From contig JBFWWG010000003.1 of NCBI GenBank assembly GCA_050246315.1, forward strand, positions 96,001 to 160,000: a stretch of 64,000 nucleotides of DNA, in the 5' to 3' direction. The notes under the pieces are model-generated. The model did not search any database and had not been told where the DNA came from. It was given only the letters and a program-made list of their open reading frames with translations. Both the position numbers and the translations under genes were made by a program. Below, piece after piece: positions 58,902 through 64,000 of the stretch. The DNA comes from Nitrospiraceae bacterium (GTDB lineage: Bacteria; Nitrospirota; Nitrospiria; Nitrospirales; Nitrospiraceae). Every line of letters begins with the position of its first letter. The first letter of the stretch is position 1.

Positions 58902-59774
58902 ATGATGTTCCGGGCCCGCCCGCCAACCTATCGACTCCGTGCCGGAGAGTTCCTGATCACGCTCGACCGACCTGTACTGGTAGGGATTCTCAATGTCACT
59001 CCCGATTCGTTCTCCGATGGCGGGCGATTTCACTCGAACGACGAGGCCGCCGACCACGCCTTGCGGATGGTCGAAGCCGGGGCCGCCATGCTCGATATCG
59101 GAGCCGAATCGTCGCGTCCCGGAGCCGTCCCCGTCACCGAGGAAGAGGAAACCGAACGGCTCCTGCCGGTGCTGGAAAAGATCGTCCGCCATTGCCGGGT
59201 ACCGATCTCGGTCGATACCACCAAAGCCGACGTCGCCCGACGGGCGATCGAAGCTGGAGCCAGTCTCATCAACGACATCAGCGCCCTGCGATTCGATCCC
59301 GCGATGGGGGAGTTGGCCGCCAAGACGGGCGTCGGCCTGATCTTGATGCACATGCCGGGAACCCCGCAAACCATGCAGCAGCAGGCTGCCTATGTGGATG
59401 TCGTCAGCGAAGTGGCGACCTACCTGACCGAACGCAGAGCGGCGGCCGAAGCGATCGGCGTTAAGTCCGAGCAAATCGTGCTTGACCCAGGTTTCGGTTT
59501 TGGTAAGCTGGTGCCACACAATCTAGCTCTGCTCGACCGATTGCCCGAACTCTGCGATCTGGGGCGCCCACTACTGGTGGGACTCTCGCGAAAGTCGTTC
59601 ATCGGGCAGGTGACGGGCCGACCGGTAACAGACCGGGAATTCGGCACGGCCGCGGCCGTCGCACTGGCGGTCGAGCGAGGGGCCAACCTGCTTCGGGTTC
59701 ACGACGTTGCGCACATGGCCGACGCCGTGAAGATCGCGGAGGCGCTGATGCGTCAGCGTGTTCACACAGGATAG
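58902..59774 (+). CDS. folP: Dihydropteroate synthase
   Basis: [32 protein letters not shown]. Confidence 0.96.
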   Translation: MMFRARPPTYRLRAGEFLITLDRPVLVGILNVTPDSFSDGGRFHSNDEAADHALRMVEAGAAMLDIGAESSRPGAVPVTEEEETERLLPVLEKIVRHCRVPISVDTTKADVARRAIEAGASLINDISALRFDPAMGELAAKTGVGLILMHMPGTPQTMQQQAAYVDVVSEVATYLTERRAAAEAIGVKSEQIVLDPGFGFGKLVPHNLALLDRLPELCDLGRPLLVGLSRKSFIGQVTGRPVTDREFGTAAAVALAVERGANLLRVHDVAHMADAVKIAEALMRQRVHTG

Positions 59775-59781
59775 GGACGAG

Positions 59782-61137
59782 ATGTCTATGCGGAAACTCT
59801 TCGGCACGGACGGGGTGCGGGGCGTCGCCAACCTTGAGCCCATGACCAGCGAGATCGCCATGCAACTCGGACGGGCGGCGGCCCATATTTTCCAACGGCG
59901 GGCGGGCCGACACCAAATCGTGATCGGCAAGGACACACGCTTGTCCGGTTACATGCTGGAATCCGCACTGACGTCCGGGATCTGCTCCATGGGCGTCGAC
60001 GTCCTCCTTGTGGGACCGCTCCCGACTCCCGCCATCGCCTTTCTGACTCGCAGCCTTCGCGCGGATGCCGGTGTCGTTATTTCTGCCTCGCATAATCCGT
60101 ATCAGGACAACGGTATCAAGTTCTTTTCGAGCAACGGCCTCAAACTACCCGACGAGTTGGAAGCTCGCATCGAATCGTTGATTGTTTCGGACGAAATCAA
60201 ACACCTACGACCCACGGCCGACGCCATCGGCAAGGCCTTTCGGATCGACGATGCCGAGGGACGCTATATCGAATTCGTGAAACGGAGTCTGCCCAAGGAC
60301 CTGGACTTCCAGGGACTCCGCGTCGTCGTGGACTGCGCACACGGGGCCGCCTACAAGGTGGCGCCGACCATCTTGCGCGAGTTGGGCGCCTCGGTGGAGG
60401 CGGTCGGAGTCAAGCCGGACGGCATGAACATCAACGCCGCGTGCGGGGCCGTCCACCCCGAGCAGTTGCAGGAGACCGTCCGTCGACACCAGGCTCACAT
60501 CGGAGTCGCACTCGACGGAGACGCCGATCGTGTGATTTTCGTCTCCGAACAGGGGACCGTGGTGGACGGCGACCACATCATGGCTGCCCTAGCGTTCGAC
60601 TTGCGCGAGCGGAATCAACTGGCGCAACACACCGTCGTGGGAACAGTCATGAGCAATTTCGGCCTCGAAGCGGCGCTCGGCAAGGCCGGGGTGAAACTGG
60701 TCCGCACGCCGGTGGGTGACCGCTACATTCTCGAACGGATGATCGCAGACGGCTACAATTTCGGCGGTGAGCAGTCGGGGCATATGATTTTCCTGGATCA
60801 CAACACGACGGGCGACGGTTTGATTGCCGGCCTTCAGGTCCTGTCTCTGATGAAACGGACGGGAAAGCCGCTTTCCGAATTGGCCGATGCGATGACCCGG
60901 ATTCCTCAGGTGCTGATCGGCGTCAAGGTCAGCAGCAAGCCGGATCTGTCGTCCATTCCCGCCATCCACGAAGCGATTCGGAACTCGGAGATCAGGCTCA
61001 ACAGCACCGGGCGCGTATTGGTCCGCTATTCCGGCACGGAGCCGCTGTTGCGCATCATGGTGGAGGGATCGGATGACGCCTTGATTCGAACCCTCGCCGA
61101 GGATCTGGCCGGCGTGGTTCGCCGTCACCTCTCATAG
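59782..61137 (+). CDS. glmM: Phosphoglucosamine mutase
   Basis: [32 protein letters not shown]. Confidence 0.97.
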   Translation: MSMRKLFGTDGVRGVANLEPMTSEIAMQLGRAAAHIFQRRAGRHQIVIGKDTRLSGYMLESALTSGICSMGVDVLLVGPLPTPAIAFLTRSLRADAGVVISASHNPYQDNGIKFFSSNGLKLPDELEARIESLIVSDEIKHLRPTADAIGKAFRIDDAEGRYIEFVKRSLPKDLDFQGLRVVVDCAHGAAYKVAPTILRELGASVEAVGVKPDGMNINAACGAVHPEQLQETVRRHQAHIGVALDGDADRVIFVSEQGTVVDGDHIMAALAFDLRERNQLAQHTVVGTVMSNFGLEAALGKAGVKLVRTPVGDRYILERMIADGYNFGGEQSGHMIFLDHNTTGDGLIAGLQVLSLMKRTGKPLSELADAMTRIPQVLIGVKVSSKPDLSSIPAIHEAIRNSEIRLNSTGRVLVRYSGTEPLLRIMVEGSDDALIRTLAEDLAGVVRRHLS

Positions 61138-61162
61138 CCCTCGCACCAGGACCTTCCGTCCC

Positions 61163-63790
61163 ATGCTTCACCGCCTGACGGCCTGTCTCCTCACCGGGCT
61201 GCTCCTGGGCTCCTACCTGCCGTTCTTTCCGCTCACGGTGGCGTGTCTCCTGTTCACGATCAGTTTGGCCGTCACCTGGCTCGAATGGAAAGAGCGGGTC
61301 ACGGTTCGCGAAGGGGTTCTCTACTTCGCGGTCATCCTGGCTGGCACCTGCTACTGGATGGCCCACGAACATCTCTTGGGCGTCCGGACTGCATTGCCTC
61401 TGTCCGCGGAGGCACCCACTCGCATCGTCGGCCGTATCGTCGAGCCCGTCCTCCGGATCACAGGCCAGCAAATTCTGGTCGTCGAGATCACAGAGTCAGA
61501 GACACCTCCCATTGCGACGCCGATCTCCGGTCGTGTCCGACTGACGTGGCGTCAACCGGATGTCCCGGTGCTGCAAGGCGATCTCATCGAATATCGCGGT
61601 CGCCTTCATCCCCCGCATGGCCTGAACAATCCCGGCGGATTCGACCTCGAAACCCATCTCGCCGGGCAGGGAATCGTTGCCGTTTCGTCCATCACCGGTT
61701 CCGGCCGTGTATCCAAGCTGGAATCGGGCTTGGATGCGTGGCAATGGGCCCCCTGGGCGATGATCGATTCATGGCGGCTGCAGGTTCAACAGGCGGCGGG
61801 AACATCGCTGGATCAGCCGCTGCGAGGCCTATTCTTGGGCCTCATTCTCGGCGAGCAGCACGAATTGCCTGTGCGAATCCGCGAGGCGTTCATGACAACG
61901 GGAACGGTCCACATCCTGTCGATCTCCGGCTCCCACCTCGGCTTGATCGCCTTCCTGACCTTTGCGATCGTCCGCTTGCTTTGCCGAATGATGCCCAACC
62001 GAGGAATATTATGGCTCAACCGATGGCGACTGACCGGAACCCGTCTGGCAATCCTGACAACCGTTCCCGTCGTGTCGGTCTATGCGTTGCTGGCCGGCGC
62101 AGAGATCGCGACCAGACGCGCATTGGTCATGGTGTTGGCCTTCTTATTCGCCGCCTGGTCGGGTCGTGACAAACCGCTCCTTCCGATCCTTTCCATGACC
62201 GCACTGTTGATGCTACTGGTCAACCCGCATGTCCTGTTTGACGTGTCGTTCCAATTGTCCTTCCTATCCGTATTGGCCATCGCGCTCTGCCTTTCGCTTC
62301 TGACCGAACGCACCGCTCCGGAAGCCTATTCGCCGGACGGTACGAGTACCGAGGAAATTACGGTGCCGACCGTTCAACTCCCTTGGATCAAGGCGGGACG
62401 CTGGTTGCTGCACTCCTTACTATTGTCATTGGCCATTACGCTGGTCACCCTGCCGCTGGTCGCCCGGTATTTCCATCAATTCGCTTGGATCAGCCCCTTC
62501 GCCAACCTGGTGATCGTCCCCTTGGCCGGATTCTTAGTCGTCCCGGTCGGCCTCGGTTCAGCCCTCTGGTTGCTGGCATCCGGAGGCGACGGTTTGCCGC
62601 TGGCGCAATTGAACGAGGCCGTCCTCCGTCTCTTGACGGAGATGACGACGCTCTGGGCGAACATTCCGTATGTGGACCGACATATCGCCGCACCCTCGTT
62701 GCTGACGCTCGGCACATACTACGTACTCCTGGCACTCGCCATCCTTCCGAACGTTCGACGGCAGACCCGTGCCGCCGCGATCGCTTCCCTCGCCGCCGTG
62801 CTCCTCTGGTGGACCATCCCACCTTCCACAACTCTGCTCCCAAACCAGGTGCGGGTCACCTTCCTGGATGTCGGGCAGGGAGATGCCGCCGTTATTCACC
62901 TGGCCGGAGATCAGGACACACAGCGGGATCAGACCATCGTGATCGACGGAGGCGGCCGGTACGGGCCGTTCGATCTCGGCGCCGCGGTGGTCGGACCATA
63001 TCTCTGGAACCAAGGTATCCGGCGGATTGATCACCTGATTGGGACCCACCCCCAACTCGATCATATCGGCGGCCTCCCCTGGCTGATCCGTCACTTCGAG
63101 GTCGGCCGATACTGGGGGAACGGCGTTTCTCGCAGCGAGGCCTTCTATCAGGAGCTCCGCCAGGCCCTGTCCGAGCGGGGGTTAAAGGAGTATGTTCCGA
63201 ACGATGGCGATACCGTGGCAGCCGAGGTCGGTTGTGCGTTGAGGATCCTGAGTCCCGGGCAACCGGAGTCCCCACTGGCCCACTTGGAGTGGTCCACCCG
63301 GTCAGGTTCCACGTTGAACAATCTTTCCGTCGTCGCACGGCTTGAATGCGGGGCGACATCCTACCTCTTTGCGGGGGACCTTGAGCGGCAGGGTCTGGCT
63401 CGACTGCTTCACCAAACGCTCGCACCGCACGCGCACGTCGTGAAGGTTCCACATCATGGGGCAGCCAGCTCGCTCGATCTCACCTGGGTCCAGGCGACCT
63501 CCCCGCAGATCGCGGTCCTGTCCGTGGGCCGCTCCAATCCTTATCATCATCCCCATCCACAGGTTCTCGCCTCCTATCGGGCAGTCGGCTCCCGCCTGTT
63601 CCGCACCGATCAGGATGGCGCGATCACCATCACCGGCTCGACCCGTTCGCCGCACCTCCTGATCACTTCGGCATCCCAGTTGAAGTTCGAACGGGTCGCA
63701 CTTGCCGGTCCGATATGGGAACAGGAGCGACGAAACTATCGTCGAATCTGTCTCCGGCAATTCGGCCCGGATTGCTGGCGATCGGGGTAA
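61163..63790 (+). CDS. comEC: Competence protein ComEC/Rec2
   Basis: NPGGFD, G..H.L.ISG.H, SFQLSF, MBL domain DVGQGD, THP..DH.GG, HHG. Confidence 0.94.
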   Translation: MLHRLTACLLTGLLLGSYLPFFPLTVACLLFTISLAVTWLEWKERVTVREGVLYFAVILAGTCYWMAHEHLLGVRTALPLSAEAPTRIVGRIVEPVLRITGQQILVVEITESETPPIATPISGRVRLTWRQPDVPVLQGDLIEYRGRLHPPHGLNNPGGFDLETHLAGQGIVAVSSITGSGRVSKLESGLDAWQWAPWAMIDSWRLQVQQAAGTSLDQPLRGLFLGLILGEQHELPVRIREAFMTTGTVHILSISGSHLGLIAFLTFAIVRLLCRMMPNRGILWLNRWRLTGTRLAILTTVPVVSVYALLAGAEIATRRALVMVLAFLFAAWSGRDKPLLPILSMTALLMLLVNPHVLFDVSFQLSFLSVLAIALCLSLLTERTAPEAYSPDGTSTEEITVPTVQLPWIKAGRWLLHSLLLSLAITLVTLPLVARYFHQFAWISPFANLVIVPLAGFLVVPVGLGSALWLLASGGDGLPLAQLNEAVLRLLTEMTTLWANIPYVDRHIAAPSLLTLGTYYVLLALAILPNVRRQTRAAAIASLAAVLLWWTIPPSTTLLPNQVRVTFLDVGQGDAAVIHLAGDQDTQRDQTIVIDGGGRYGPFDLGAAVVGPYLWNQGIRRIDHLIGTHPQLDHIGGLPWLIRHFEVGRYWGNGVSRSEAFYQELRQALSERGLKEYVPNDGDTVAAEVGCALRILSPGQPESPLAHLEWSTRSGSTLNNLSVVARLECGATSYLFAGDLERQGLARLLHQTLAPHAHVVKVPHHGAASSLDLTWVQATSPQIAVLSVGRSNPYHHPHPQVLASYRAVGSRLFRTDQDGAITITGSTRSPHLLITSASQLKFERVALAGPIWEQERRNYRRICLRQFGPDCWRSG

Positions 63791-64000
63791 CGGAAGGGCG
63801 GACGACCCTGTCCGTCAACCGGTACTTCTTCGTATCCATCGAACCCTTCCTTTCCCCCTCCGCAGCCGATGCCTTTGGCGGTGTCTTGGCATGACTCCAA
63901 AATTGTACGCAGAGTGGCAATGATTGGCACCGCTAGGTCCATTTGTCACGGATCGAGTCGGCAAGTTGTTGAAAGACATCACCAATCATCAATGCTGACA

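Overview
GC-rich bacterial chromosome segment, most likely Nitrospira/Nitrospirota. This is inferred from gene order and from an intergenic repeat family with CAGGATG(C/T)TGAAA-type ends; no database search was run. Bases 1-9.6 kb form an accessory defence/toxin-antitoxin island. It holds RelBE-like, HigBA-like and Phd-VapC modules (the last bracketed by 40-bp direct repeats), two MITEs, a broken type I restriction-modification locus (hsdR fused in frame to the last codons of hsdS, intact hsdM) and a DUF5131 + TcmP gene pair. Between TcmP and hsdM is a tandem array of small toxin/antitoxin-type genes separated by two degenerate copies of the hsdM 5' end, which suggests cargo was captured repeatedly at the hsdM start. 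From 9.8 to 35 kb lie pxpBAC, a ProA homologue lacking its catalytic Cys, a cluster of a methyltransferase, two B12-radical SAM enzymes, a third radical-SAM-like enzyme and PhzF with unknown product, several redox/cofactor genes and a cupredoxin-like pseudogene. From 35 to 64 kb is core genome: alr, frr, pyrH, tsf, rpsB, argJ, argC, rpsI, rplM, tRNA-Leu(CAA), the ccsA-hemA-hemC-cobA/hemD-hemB operon, ribF, tilS, hpt, ftsH, folP, glmM and comEC. Family calls come from motif recognition by eye and some start codons were re-chosen manually.
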